Assembly (NCBI GenBank): GCA_951406725.2
Contig: OX597823.1
Location: forward strand, 66,774,001 to 66,838,000
Length of the DNA stretch: 64,000 nucleotides
DNA from: Octopus vulgaris
Lineage: Eukaryota
Direction: 5' to 3'
The notes beneath the pieces were generated by a model, which saw nothing but the letters and a program-made list of their open reading frames with translations, did not search any database and had not been told where the DNA came from. A program made the position numbers and the translations under genes. The number at the start of each line of letters is the position of its first letter. The stretch's first letter is position 1. This document shows positions 39,178 through 52,713 of this stretch, in pieces.

Positions 39178-39990
39178 ATGAAAATCATCTTACTGATAGC
39201 AGACCTAGTTAGGATAAGGAACAACGTGTCCCCACAATGTGAACCCTATGAAACGAAGAAATATGTACAGAACTTCACGCACCGCATGCAATTCCCTGAA
39301 TATCATTAGAAAGATAGAGTTCGGGTATACAGAGGTGCTACAAAGAAGTTAGATAAGATTATAAGTAATGAAACCAGAGGTACCTGCCCTAGATATAGAA
39401 GTGAAGATTGGAATAGGTTACAAAGGGTTTGTGACAAAGCAACCAGGGTGAACACGTGGTACATGACTGCCAAAAATGAAGCAGTGATGTTTGTAGAGGC
39501 CAAATCCCATAGAGAACGAACCAGTAGATTTAGGAAAACTCTTAACGCGGCTAAACTCAACATTAAGATCGTTGAAAAGCCAGGGAGTTCCTTCAGATCA
39601 CAACTATGTAGGATGTACCCCTTTGAGAATACTACATGCACCAATGATAGCTGCATGGTTTGTAAATTAACCTTGGCATTACCTGTAGAATTAGAAATTT
39701 AGTCTACAGCATAAGGTGCATAGAAGGTGTTTGTAAAGAGAAGAATATAATATACAAAGGTGAGACATCTAGACGCATTCTGGAGAGACTAAATGCACAT
39801 TTGAGATAATATGATGACAATAAACAATTCTCCATACTCTAACAGTATGCCAAAAACCAATCTGGAAGCACACTGGGTCAACTTGACATACACATTTTAT
39901 CCAAGCACCCGAAGCATCCAACGCTCAGACAAGTACAAGATTACGTCCTCATTAATGAAACATCCCCAGTACTAAATAGGAAATATACAT
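39178..39990 (+). pseudogene. Penelope-like element fragment: RT thumb, Cys linker and C-terminal GIY-YIG
   Basis: LVRIRNNVS...RMQFPEY...WY...VMFVE...IKIVEKPGSS...PF...CTNDSCMVC, then after a frameshift CRIRNLVYSIRCIEGVC...YKGETSRRILERLNAH...HPTLRQVQDYVLINETSPVLNRK. Several stops; related to 2760-3167. Confidence 0.85.
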
Positions 39991-41712
39991 AAAAAATTAT
40001 CATAACCAATACCCACAGTTTATATACACACAGTGTTGTTAGTAGGTCGTTATATAGGCGCGTGTGTGTGCATGTATGTGTATATGTAGATATATATATG
40101 TACGTAAATGGATACGTATATGGACAGATAGATAGCTATATAGGTAATACGGGCAGACGGGCAGACATATACATACAGGCATACATAGAAATGAAGAATG
40201 AAACACATGACCATATACACACACGCTCACTACACACAATGACACATCTGGATACACACATCCATACACAACAGACGCGCATACATAGTCACACACATCT
40301 TTACAAGACACACACAAACATGCACACGCAAGGATACACAGGTACACACACAAATACACACACACATTCAAACACACACAAGCACACAAACACACAAATA
40401 TAAATACACAGGCACGTGGAGATGCAGAATACATATATACAAACGTGCACGCATGCATATATATATATGCATACACACATCTATGCAGAGTACATACATG
40501 TATACAAACGTGCACACATGGAAACATATATATTTATATATATATATATATACGCACATACATGCATACACATACATACATATGTGTGTGCGCACACGCA
40601 CTTACATACACGCATGTGCACAAACAAACAAACATAAAGAGCGCAGTTTCGATAATGGACCAAGTCAATGACTATTGAAAAAGTTCCAACACGCAACGAA
40701 AATTTTAGTAAAAAATAAATAAGTAAATGAGTGGAAATCGGACCGGTGAGTGTACTAAATTAATAAGGCACTAACAGAGAATGACTCTCCCCAGACACAT
40801 TAAAAATTATTGCTTAATCAAAATTGTTGCTATTTATATCAACCATTTTTGTATCAAAATAATCTATATTTAAAATTCTCTTCTAGATAAATTTATTTAT
40901 CACTTATTCTCATATTAAAATTACTGTATATATTTTACATCGTTCCAGTGTTAGAATGATTTTCCACATTAATAGTTTAATAAAATAGTACTATGAAAAT
41001 TGATTCGATAACAATTCATTTCGATCAAACGTAGTATGATGAGAAATCGATTCCATAAATTTATTTTGTTAATAGTCGTTTTACAAAATGCCATTCTGCA
41101 AAATGTCGTTTCATAATTGTGGAACCGATATGATCACACATAGATTGATATCTTTGTTTTGAAATTGATGAAAAATTGACATCCTTGCACAGTTTATCGA
41201 ACGATCAAGGAAAGTGTTTGAACGTAAATTGATGTGCATCGAGATATCAATAGAGACAGATATTTGCCTATTAGACACAAATATTTGTACACATAAACAT
41301 TCACAGACATACGGGAATACACACCTATGCACGCATACACATACTCAAACACGTAGAAGGGCGCTGTGAAAGTAATAAGAGCGTCGAAGGGAAAGACTTT
41401 CAGTATTGGCCCTATCTCACTCTGCGACGATGCCTAAAGCCTGAAAATGTCAACATTGCATTTCCCTCCCAAAGACTTGTAGTCTGTATTTCCAATATCA
41501 CCATGGACTAATCAAGGTATAAATTCAATCCGTCGACCGCTCTAATCCCAAAAGCTAGTTCTTGAGTGACATTACCGAAGATTGCAGGGATTGGCCTATA
41601 GCACTGGTTCGAGGAACTGAGGATACATTGCACCCTTTCTTTTTACGAGGTCCAAAGGCAATTTTGGTTACAGATAACGAGGTCCAAAGGCAAATAAATG
41701 GTTATTTACCCT

Positions 41713-41723
41713 AGATAGATAGG

Positions 41724-41757
<34 letters not shown>

Positions 41758-41799
41758 CATACATACATACATACATACATACATACATACATACATACA

Positions 41800-41828
<29 letters not shown>
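41713..41828. repeat. (GATA)n-(CATA)n compound microsatellite
   Basis: Directly visible. Confidence 0.95.
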
Positions 41829-41831
<3 letters not shown>

Positions 41832-42160
41832 ACACACACATAGCAACAACGCATAACTTTCTACTAAATTCCACCGACGTGACTATAGACTATATTGTTA
41901 CCGAATGGATCAGACTAGGTCTTTTGAGGCATGAAGCACTTGTCTGAGACGCAAAGAGTTAACCGAGTAGATTTCTTCTCTCTCTCCCTCTTCCTCTCTC
42001 TTTTTCTCTTTCTTTCTTTCTCTCTTTCTCTGACTCTCTCTGTACAAACACACACATACATAAAAATACACACACACAAACACACACACATAGAAACACA
42101 CACACACATAAATAAATTCATTTATATATGCATACATTTGTCTTCGTACATGAAATATAA

Positions 42161-42328
42161 GGCACAGGAGTGGCTGTGTGGTGAGAAGCTTGCTACCCAA
42201 CCATATGGTTCCGAGTTTAATCCCACTGTGGGGCATCCAAAGCATGTGTCTCCCACTATAGCCTCGGGCCGACCAAATCTTTGAGGGAATTCGGTAGATG
42301 GAAACTGAAAGAAACCGGTCGTATATAT

Positions 42329-42391
<63 letters not shown>

Positions 42392-42590
42392 ATCACTACC
42401 AACAACATCACTTGACAACGGATGTTGCTGTGTTTCCATCCCCGTTACTTAGCGATTCGTTAAAAGACTTCGATAAAATAAGTACTAGGCTTACAAGGAA
42501 TACGTCCTGGTGTCGAAGATACTCGACTAAAACCCCTTAAGGTGGTGCTCCAGCAAGGCCGTAGTCAAATGGCTGAAACAAGTGAAACAA
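42161..42590 (+). mobile_element. SINE family C, near full-length, with internal (TC)n
   Basis: Runs from ggcacaggagtggctgtgtggtgagaagcttgc to aaggtggtgctccagcaaggccgtagtcaaatggctgaaacaagt. Confidence 0.85.
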
Positions 42591-42880
42591 TATATATATT
42601 TATTTATATATATATATGGATGTCTGTATGTATGTATCAATGTATACGTATGTATTTATGTATGTAAGTATAAATGTGCAATTTTATAGCTATAAGTTAG
42701 CTTACAACTATGTGTCCTGTTCCTCCTCTCTCTGATCTTAAAATTTCCAAAGGGTCCTTTTCAATTAATTGAATAGCTCCCTTGCAGTGATTTAATCTAA
42801 GCATTTGCCTATTATAGCTATTTTCATATTAAATAATAATGCTAAAGTAAAAGTTATATATATATATAGTAAATAAAAGT

Positions 42881-42919
<39 letters not shown>

Positions 42920-43206
42920 GTGTGTGTGTGTGTAAAGTTATAAATATATATAAATTTATATAAAGTTATATACATATATATATATATATAGGATTTCAAT
43001 TGTGTGTGAAAGGAGCGTTGCCTTAAATAGAAACGTTACTCAACAAATATAGTTTCTATTTATTTCCCGCTTTTGAAATTGAATATTTTTTCCAAAAGAA
43101 CAAAATATGATATAGCCACACTTTTTTTCTGTTATATCAAATATCTATCAAACAAAAGTCTGCTCTCCACAGAACTATTCACATATTTTGTCTTTCATTG
43201 CCTGCC

Positions 43207-43505
<299 letters not shown>

Positions 43506-43599
43506 ACACAGATATCTATATGCTTCTGCTTTTATACGTTATTCTGACAATGAAGAAAATCTAAGTATAGATAGTTGTCAATTGAATTAGCTTGTGTTT

Positions 43600-44420
43600 T
43601 AGCTATGTAATAGATTGTCTATAAATGATCTAAAAATATTGTACAAGTACAGATTCGCTGAAAAATGTTTGGGAACTAGTTTGCAGATGGCGATAGCAAT
43701 TTGCAAAATATATGTAACCCAAAGGAGTGAGGGGATGTATTGTATAAAATATGAATTGAATCAAATGCACGTCTTGTTTTTGTGAATTCTGTCATTAAGT
43801 TAAGTAGAAACATTAATGGACAGGTCATTGTATGTGCCATTGTTTACTGAAATATCATGTATTGCTAGGCTGTTATTTCTTTGGAATCCTAATGGCTATG
43901 TTGTGTATTGAGACAGGAACACTTGAGAGAATTCTTGTGACTAGAAGCTGAATGGTTTGTTTTCTTTACGAAAAACGTTGTGCTACTATAATGAAACTAG
44001 TAAAGCGAGAGTCTATAAATATTGTTATATCATGGGCCCGATTATAAGAAAATAGACTGGAAGCACTTATGTTTATTAACTAGCAATTGAAACTACTATA
44101 TTATATGGAAAGACAAAAACTAAAATATAATGATATTCACAGAGAAAGAGTATTACTTGATCGATAAAGAAGAGATGTTTATACGAAGGTCATTCTGCAG
44201 ACGTAGTAGCGATAGTAACAACTGACTATCTTTTAAATGCTAAACACTAAATTTTATTTCCTCATTGAAATCACATATAAACATCGCAGTGTATTTGTGT
44301 CCATTTAAGCATGGCCCATGCTTTGAATCAGGAGAATATGAAATATTTGGTTGGTTTGGTTCGCAGAAATACTATTTAGAATCAAGAACCTGGAGTAATA
44401 TATGGGAATATAAAATTAGA
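43600..44420 (+). pseudogene. Highly decayed R4/Dong-like LINE remnant
   Basis: Ordered traces RLSINDLKILYK (LLYMDDLKLY-like), WKDK...IDKE, CFESGEYEIFGWF (LEN..KILWDF-like) and NQEPGVIY. Weak individually but colinear. Confidence 0.35.
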
Positions 44421-46589
44421 AACATTCGAAATATGAAAAGTAGAATACCATTGATTTAGAGTGAAGGAAGAAAATTGTTTTGTTTTTTTTTCTAAAAACT
44501 GCAGACATAATTGTTCTCAAACTAGTAAACATCAGCTGTGAATAATTCGGTTAATTCCGCCGAGATACAATGAACCATTAAACACAGCCGTGACAATATC
44601 TTGAAAATATGTTTAAAAAATATTGATTACATCGCTTTAAAACTCAATAACGTTGGTATTTGTGTCATGAAATTTGATGAATTACTAATCTTTTAGAGGT
44701 ATTCGAAGACATATACACGCATAATTTAATCCAGGGTTTTTTTTTATTTATTAGCTGAGTGCAGTATATTTATACAAAATGAATGTATTAACAGTTTCAA
44801 TTAATTGTATTTGACAGAAAGGTTTAATTGACTAGATCTTGGCTCTATGATGAATGTTTATTGTTTGGACTACCGCAGTAAAAAAATACCAACTTAACCC
44901 AACTACATTTTGAACAATGAAATTGGAGTTGTATAACTATATACTGGCAGTAGTTTTGTATTAAGATCATTGATTTCTTTCGAAATGGTTTTATTTAAAA
45001 AAAGAAATTATTTAGTTGGAAATGTAGAACACTTCAATATTTTTGTGCAATCTTATAAGCAGAGTTCTGTAATTATTGCTAAATTCGCCGTGAAATTCGA
45101 CAGATCAAACCAGTGCTGAAAAGAAACCACTCCGGATATAATCATCCAAGACTATCTTGGAATGACTTTTGGAATATTCTGTCCTTGTTTAAGAAAAGTT
45201 AGAAATGACTTCAGGGAATTTCGACATATTTTTGAAGATTACTCAATTACTTTGATCTCAAGCGTTGCAGTTGCATTCGCCAAGCTATACATCTAGAAAA
45301 TAAATTTGTCGGAGTAATCCTGTTTCTATGACTAATAATAGTTGAATGAGAAGACATTACAATATGCTTTTAATTTCGAATGTTTCCCAATCGAAAGCTT
45401 TCAATGACTGAGAGAAAATTAACGTTCTTCTAAACGATTTCAAAAGAGGAAGGCAAGAGTACATTCATATAGTAGCTTATTTATATCTACTTTTAACCAC
45501 ACACTTTGTTAATATCGTTGCCATTGCTAATGTCTCGAATCACCCTGTTTGTCCGACCCAATCATCAAAGCTCTTCTAGACGTGGCCATCCCGACAGTCA
45601 TCATATCTAGACAACAGACTCCAAATCTATCTTTCCTTTGTATGCAGTATTTATCCCTAAGTGTTTTCTTCTGCGCGTAATCCGTATATTAATTTGATGC
45701 TACATATTAATTTGAAGCATAGACTAGTCCTAATTTATATCCAAATGATTAAAGACAATTCAACTGTGAACATCCCGTCTCTCAAGTACGCAATACTTGC
45801 TTTATTTAGAATATGGCTTCTAGACTTTGAAACTGAAAGGTTTGATGCAGTACAAGGTCATCACAAATACCAGAAGAACGGATTAAGGAATACAAAATAT
45901 AACAGACTTGTTGAATACAATCCTCACGGTGTTGTGTTTTAATATTGTGTTGTATTCATTTATAGTGTTTTTGCACTAGTCTAAGACTGATCGCTTAGCG
46001 CGATCAAGTAAATTAAGCACAAGCATAATTGTGTTAAGCTTAGAAACATTGATCAAAATTACATTAACCTTGATAGGAAGAAATCATTATTTAGTTTAAC
46101 CTGGGTAAGAAAGTTAGGAGTCAATCCACTAAAAATTAATACGAAATTAAGCACTTTAGTTTGGATACATCGCATCGACGAGATACATGTAGCAGTCGAG
46201 CATAAAATAAATTTTTAGAACACATATCAAGTTAATGAAGCGAGATGTCACAACTCACCAGTTCACATTAACGTCCTGCTGTGCATTGTTGTAAGGTATT
46301 TCCGTCCTCGTTTGTGTGTTTAAATAAATTAATATTAACGCACATATTAAATTCGATTATAGTGGATAAACATTAAAATTTTGCAAAAGTTTGTCCTCAA
46401 CGCTGTCGAGAGCAAAGTCAATATTTTCAGTGACAAGAATTCAAACCTTCTACGTAAGTTGTTTTGTGTACAGCATTATTATACGCGACATATCTATTAG
46501 ATTAAACACACAGGTATAAATTTAAGCGTTGGTTAAATCTTTCTATTACTACATCTCCAGGCAAATATCTGTCATGAAGCATATTGGTT

Positions 46590-46797
46590 CAAACTTTGGC
46601 ACAAGGCCAGGCATTTTGTGGGAAGAGGAAAAACGATTGCATCGACCCTAGTGTTCAGAAGGAAGCTATTTTATAGACCCCGAATTAATGAAAGGTAAAA
46701 TCCTCTCCGGCAGCACTTGAATTCAGAACTTAGAGCCAGAAGAAATGCCGCTAAGCCTTTCGACCTGTACGGTAACGATTCTGCCAACTGCCGCCAT
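46590..46797 (-). mobile_element. SINE family A, diverged copy
   Basis: Contains ggcacaaggccaggcatttt and gaccccgaattaatgaaagg, and ends in ctgccaactgccgcc. Confidence 0.7.
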
Positions 46798-46955
46798 TAA
46801 GAAGAAATATATTAATTGTAAAAATACATGTATAATTACTACCTCATTGCAAAATTCCAAAGACTTTTCGGATGGGATATATCAATTAAGGGATCAAGTT
46901 TTCCAAAGCAGATACGTACATACTTACATACATACATACAAACATACCTACATAT

Positions 46956-47605
46956 GTCCTAGTTAAGACCTCAATAAAATATAAGTACAACAGACCTGAT
47001 ATAAGGATTTGGGATAGAGAAGAGAAACTGAGTACAATTGTGGAAATTAGCTGCCCTGCGGATGTTAACATAATGCGGAAGATGAATGAAAAAGAGAATA
47101 CTTAGGCTGAACTATTGAGAAATCTGCAATTATTGATTCCAGATTACAAGTTCAAATTTATACCTGTAATTATTGGGGACATGGTATATCTAACACACTG
47201 CCTAAATACCAATCTTGAGAAATTAGACTTTTCAAAACTAGAAAAGAGAAAGCTAATTCGAAGACTACAGATCCAATCCATCACTGGAACTCTAAAAATC
47301 TGTAAAACTTACCCGCAGTTTATCATTTAAATATATATGAGCATGTCGAGATATGCAACTATATGCACGAGAATACATACATAAAACATACAAATCTGCA
47401 CGTGCATACATCTATACATACATACATACATATTTACATACATACTTACATACATACATACATACATATACAAAAATACATATACAAAAATACACAGTTA
47501 TTGATATTGAAATTCCAATGAAGGAGCCTCTGATCTAGGTTAGAAACCGGCTCTTCTCCTTTTAGCAAGAAATCTTGAAATAACACTGAGCAATGGCATA
47601 CATAC
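46956..47605 (+). mobile_element. 5'-truncated R4/Dong-like non-LTR retrotransposon: restriction-like endonuclease C-terminus plus 3' UTR
   Basis: One frame (46956-47330) reads KYNRPDIRIWDREEKLSTIVEISCPADVN...EKENT*AELLRNL...FIPVIIGD...LQIQSITGTLKICK, which has the PD-(D/E)xK-type RLE motif. (TACA)n lies on both sides. Confidence 0.8.
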
Positions 47606-47705
47606 AGTCGTACGCGTACGTGTGCCTGTGTGTGTGTAATGATTAGTTAGATATAGCGGACAAATTACTTTCGGGTCCCGCTCTAACACCTACACAATGA
47701 TTACG

Positions 47706-47745
47706 CACTCCGACACGTGTTTCGCTATAAACTCATCCTAAAATG
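47706..47745 (-). ncRNA. Decayed minimal hammerhead motif
   Basis: Minus strand: catttt-AGGATGA-gtttatagc-GAAAC-ACGT-GTC-ggagtg. The GAAAC/palindromic stem III/GUC half is intact, but CU of the core is mutated. Confidence 0.45.
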
Positions 47746-48989
47746 AAGTAAGTCACAAATAGTATAACTTTTAGTCATAGCCAACGGTTTATAGGTTTTC
47801 CAGATCAGGGGTAATCTAACGCTAAATAACCAATCAATCAAACGCACGGGATGCCGCTTTCTCGAACTCTCTAAGTATGCTGAATATTTACCGGGCCATG
47901 TTACCAAACATTAGTAAGAAATTTTTGTATAAATTTCAACACATTTCAGATCACGAAGCTATTGATATTCACCAAACTATTTTACACCCCAGTAGTTTTA
48001 ACTGTGGTCATCGTTAATACTGTTGTTGTACCTGCTGTTTTTCTTGTTTAGCCCCAGGCCAATATTTATATAGTAGATATACGTTCAAAGCCATTTCAAA
48101 TAAAAACATTCCTGCCTCTAGATTTCTCGAGGTATTCATTATCTAATGTATCCGCCTCCTCTTCAATACCGCGGGGGTTGATTTAAAGGAGGTCTGCCTA
48201 TTGTATTTGCAAATCGATTGGTTGTTTACAGGTAAGAATTCTTTTCAAGAAGTGGAAACATACACATTAGTGATATTTTCGTTAACTTGTAACAATATAA
48301 TCAAATTCTCACACTTATGCTACGGCCCCGGAGACGAATGTCTTATATGCTACGCAAACTATTTGTGGAAAATTAAATAAATGCAGTAGAAATTTGAGAT
48401 GTTGCTCTGTTGACGACCTAATATTTCATACATTTTATTATTAATGTGCACACACACACGTATATATATATATATAGATATAACTTCATAAGTTTACCTC
48501 AGTGAGTATAAATAAACATATATACTACATGTCTGGAATTTACATTGAATAAACTACAGCGTTACATAATTTGCTTATTGACTTACATTAATAATCCTAT
48601 AAATTGTACATTCAAATTGTTTATGGCAGCTTATGTTCTATAAATGTGTCACTATTCTTTGAAAGTCCACTATATTAACATATCCTATAGTTCACAATTG
48701 TGCCAAAATAAATCATGCGTAGATCAGTAATTTAAATGATTAAACTGTTATTAATACTCTTCTGATTTGAAATCAATAATATACACCTAACTCTAACTAC
48801 TGTAACGAATATTACTTTGAATGCATATTTACAATACACACGGGAATTCTCATAACGGTTAATCACATAAGCCACACTCATAATCTATACTTAAGTATGC
48901 ATGTATACATTTACGTCTGGCTGTCTAGATATATCAAGGTAGCTATATGGCAGGCTATATAATTACGTAATTGCATGTGTTTCTGTGTA

Positions 48990-49367
48990 TCTCTTATATA
49001 AAATCTGTTCTGTCTGTCTGTCTGTGTGTGTGTGTGCTTCTAGGATCTCGGGCATCCTCCATTCGATTGCACTCAAATTCGATATGTAGATACCAACGGT
49101 ATCAGGGCGTGTATAAATCTTGAAAAAATTACAAAAATCGATTCCAGGTGAGAATGCGATCGATGAAACCGTGGGAAATCGTTTTTCTTTGGAATAGAAA
49201 AGAAGTCTATCTTTATTTCTTCTTGTGCTGGTGTCTCAAATTTAGGTTAAATCAGTGTTTCTCAAAGAAGAGGCCTATGGGACGGTGGGACAAGTTATTT
49301 TGAGAAAATTTGGTTTAAATGTTTGACAACTCAGCACCGTCCATTGGACGCGGAGGCATTTTGCTCG
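48990..49367 (+). mobile_element. Non-autonomous Helitron-like element
   Basis: A|TC start followed by ttatataaaa and (CTGT)n, subterminal GC-rich hairpin cgtcc-att-ggacg (49338-49350), 3' end CTCG|T (a CTRR variant), no TSD. Confidence 0.6.
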
Positions 49368-49587
49368 TAAATACATATTTATTAAGTTGTGTGTATGTAC
49401 AGATTTATTAAGCTGTATGTATGTGCACCCCTGTGCATGCATATAAGCGCACGTGTATGTGTGTGTGCGTTCGCGTATATGTGCGTGTGTGTTTGTGTGT
49501 GTGCGATTTCATCATGTTAACACGTTAATCACAGCACATATTTTCTCTCTGCGTTTATCCGTTCTCTCTCTATTTTTCCTCTTGTCT

Positions 49588-49623
49588 CTTTCTGACTACG
49601 AGCTTAGTCTCGAAACGTCAAAG
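49588..49623 (+). ncRNA. Minimal hammerhead motif with G8 substitution (probably inactive)
   Basis: cttt-CTGACTA-c-gag-cttagt-ctc-GAAAC-GTC-aaag. The downstream sequence resembles that after the 17108 HHR. Confidence 0.55.
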
Positions 49624-49867
49624 TCTTCTCCGTTCTTCTCGAGCGTCAAACTAATGCATCTGCTTGTTCCTTGAATCTCAGAATGTGTTGACGGTAGTTG
49701 CTTTTAAATTTTACAATATATTTATTACAATATTGTTTTTGCTGACCTAGGAATAGCATGACGAGTTTATTGTTCACAGGAATCTTTTTCCTAACATGCT
49801 GGTATTAATTCTTATGACTATTTTGACTTCTACTTTTAGCGATGCAGTTGCTCACGTAGTACACTTG

Positions 49868-49921
<54 letters not shown>

Positions 49922-50283
49922 TGTATGTATGTATGTGTATATATATATGTGTGTGTGTGTATTTATATTTATACAAGAATAAAAACAAATGAGAACGTTT
50001 CTGAAGAGCTACAAAAAAACTACAATGAGATATTTAAGAGTTAATCCATGTGGACACAAAAATTAGCGCGAGCATGCGCGTATCCATAGAAATATTATTA
50101 TATAGATATTAACAGGCATACGTAATTTCGATGTCTGCTGAGAAGCAATCATCATATTAACACGTAATTCCTCTTGTGATTACATTTGACTTTTGTTGCG
50201 CCTTTCCAAAAATATCATTTTTCCTTTATTCTCCTTCCTTTCGTCTTAGTCTCTCCCCACTCTCTCTCTCTTTCTTTCTCTCC

Positions 50284-50337
<54 letters not shown>

Positions 50338-50704
50338 TATTCCTACTACTAAAATTTTCTTTCCAAAATCATTACTAAATTAGTAATGTCTGGCTTTATT
50401 GTTTATTCTTCATGTATTTTGCATAAAGTAAACTTATAATACATTTCATCTCTACCTTTTTCTGCATTTGGTGCATTTTGTGTAATCGACAGAAATGCAT
50501 GTTAAGACATATATATACGCGCCCTTGCATGCATACATGCATATAAACATACATATGGATATATATATATATGTATATATATTTATATATATATATATAT
50601 ATATTATGTATGTATGTATACATATACGTGCATGTACATATGTGTGTATATACATATATATATTTATATACATACATATGTATGTATGTATTCATACGTA
50701 CACT

Positions 50705-50738
<34 letters not shown>

Positions 50739-52499
50739 CATAAAGAGAGAGAGAGAGAGATACATATATGTATGTGTGTGCATCAGTGTCTCTTTACTGT
50801 AACACAGGAAAGAAGAGGCAGGTAGAGCAAGTGTTGCAACGAAATGCTATGGTTGTGAAAAGTATCTGCAAAGATAATGTTAACGAATGTTAAACAAATA
50901 TTTCGTCTTGTTGCTTCCCATGTTTACTGTTAGAAATACTATTCAAAGGTATTATTTATTTAAACTAATTGGATTAGTCTGCGAAGCCTATACTTATTGG
51001 ATTATGGTGGCAAACTATGGAATGACATCGTATATATTAGTATAATGTTTACTCTCTTGACTCTCAATTTATAAAATACATAAGTTTTTCGGCAAAATTA
51101 ATCTTAGTTTCTTTTTGGTTATCAACTATTTATGTGATGGGTTTAATGTGATACGGATGTTTACTACAAGATTCTTTACATGTAAATATTGATGACTAAA
51201 TTGTGCGATTTTTCTTGCCTTCTACGGAACCAAGAATGATAATGAATTAAACATTGCAAACTAACTAAATGGTAACCTATGATGCAGTTCCCTGGCACAA
51301 GCAAAACAACATCTATTGCATTTCACTATGTTTGTATTTGTGTTGTATTTGCTTGTTTTCGTTATTTATTTTACATAAATGGTAACGTCAGACTATGCGA
51401 AAAATGTTACCTCTTTCTGTACCGACATACACTGATATTTTAGTTAAGTACAATCTCACAAACATTGCACCATAGATACCATGCTTCACGGTAGAATCAG
51501 TTTTTAGCTGAATCTGTGCAACACGGAAAAATAGTTGTTCGATAATTGTCTGCATTTCAGTATGCTCATGTACAGAGCGAACGCATGAATGACAGATCCA
51601 TTGCTCCCTGCGAATCTCGTACAGCCTGAATGGCAGCATTATATGCTTGATAGTGATATACTTTCATGGAAAGAGCAAACAATATCCATTGAAATATTAC
51701 GTCAAGTGTTGTCTTTTATATTGCAATAATATTTATCTGAGCTCGATCGGTCGAATACCATAATTATTTGTTTGGATATAATATCGAATAATCTTAAAGT
51801 TGAGATATTCACTTGAATTCGTGAATTACTGCTGATATTTTCACTTGGGCATGAAATTAGAATAAAAATGAAACAATTAGAAAGAAGAAGCGATTCTCAG
51901 ATATATTTGTAGAAGTTAATCATTGTAAACAAACCCTTCTTCGATGCCAATAGTTTTAACCGTTAAAGGTATCACAAGCCATTCTTTGTTTACATGGGTA
52001 GTATATCTATTAGAAGTGGCATTCAAACTTCTTTAAAAGCCACATCCCACCCTCTTAGATAAGAAGGAAACATTACATGAACTTATCTGTGTATGTTTGT
52101 GTCTGGGAAAATTATATGATAGTCACGGTTTTAGAACATTTTTTAACATACTATTAGTCATTTGACGTTGACATGAAGCTAAATATCATTAGCAACTCTA
52201 AAAAGTCAAGGAAACGCGTCTGTCAGGTAATCACAGCTTCACTACTTTCTTTAAAGACATACTTTCTTTATTAGACATCAAAGACATCAAAGCTTGTTTA
52301 CTAACTTGCACACGACCTATGAAACCAGAATGCAAAACTAAATTTGAAGCAATAGCATAATGGTTTATATAATGTCTTTCTTTTTTTAATTAGAAAATTT
52401 TAAACCATTTATTCAATATAAGATATATTTATTTCTTATATCTTTTGTTTTATTATTCCGTAATACCAATGAAAATATGCTGACCATGAATGAAATATT

Positions 52500-52713
52500 C
52501 GCTTCTAATATAGTTACGAGGCCAGTAATATTAAAAGAGGACACATATTTATTACTATCGACCCACGTTTTTAACTGGTAAATCCTTTCATAGATGAAAG
52601 AAAGAAAGGAGAATTTGACCCAATGAGATTTGAACATAAAATATAATGAAACGAAACACATATAAGAATGCCTTTTTACCGAAGCTCTAACAATTCTCTC
52701 AGCTCATCGCCTT
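52500..52713 (-). mobile_element. SINE family A, old copy
   Basis: Contains gatgaaagaaag and gagatttgaacataaa, and ends in cagctcatcgccttt. Confidence 0.55.

Noticed and set aside
41645-41693. 17-bp direct repeat acgaggtccaaaggcaa as a CRISPR-like repeat
   Set aside because: Only two units with a 15-bp spacer in eukaryotic DNA and no cas genes; this is a local tandem duplication.
49990-50030. CTGAAGA motif (also isolated CTGATGA near 1850(-), 8505(-) and 53017(+))
   Set aside because: No downstream stem II-GAAA-NUH arrangement; chance heptamers.
51388-51720. Candidate host exon on the minus strand
   Set aside because: Short open frames with no recognisable domain and no convincing splice signals.
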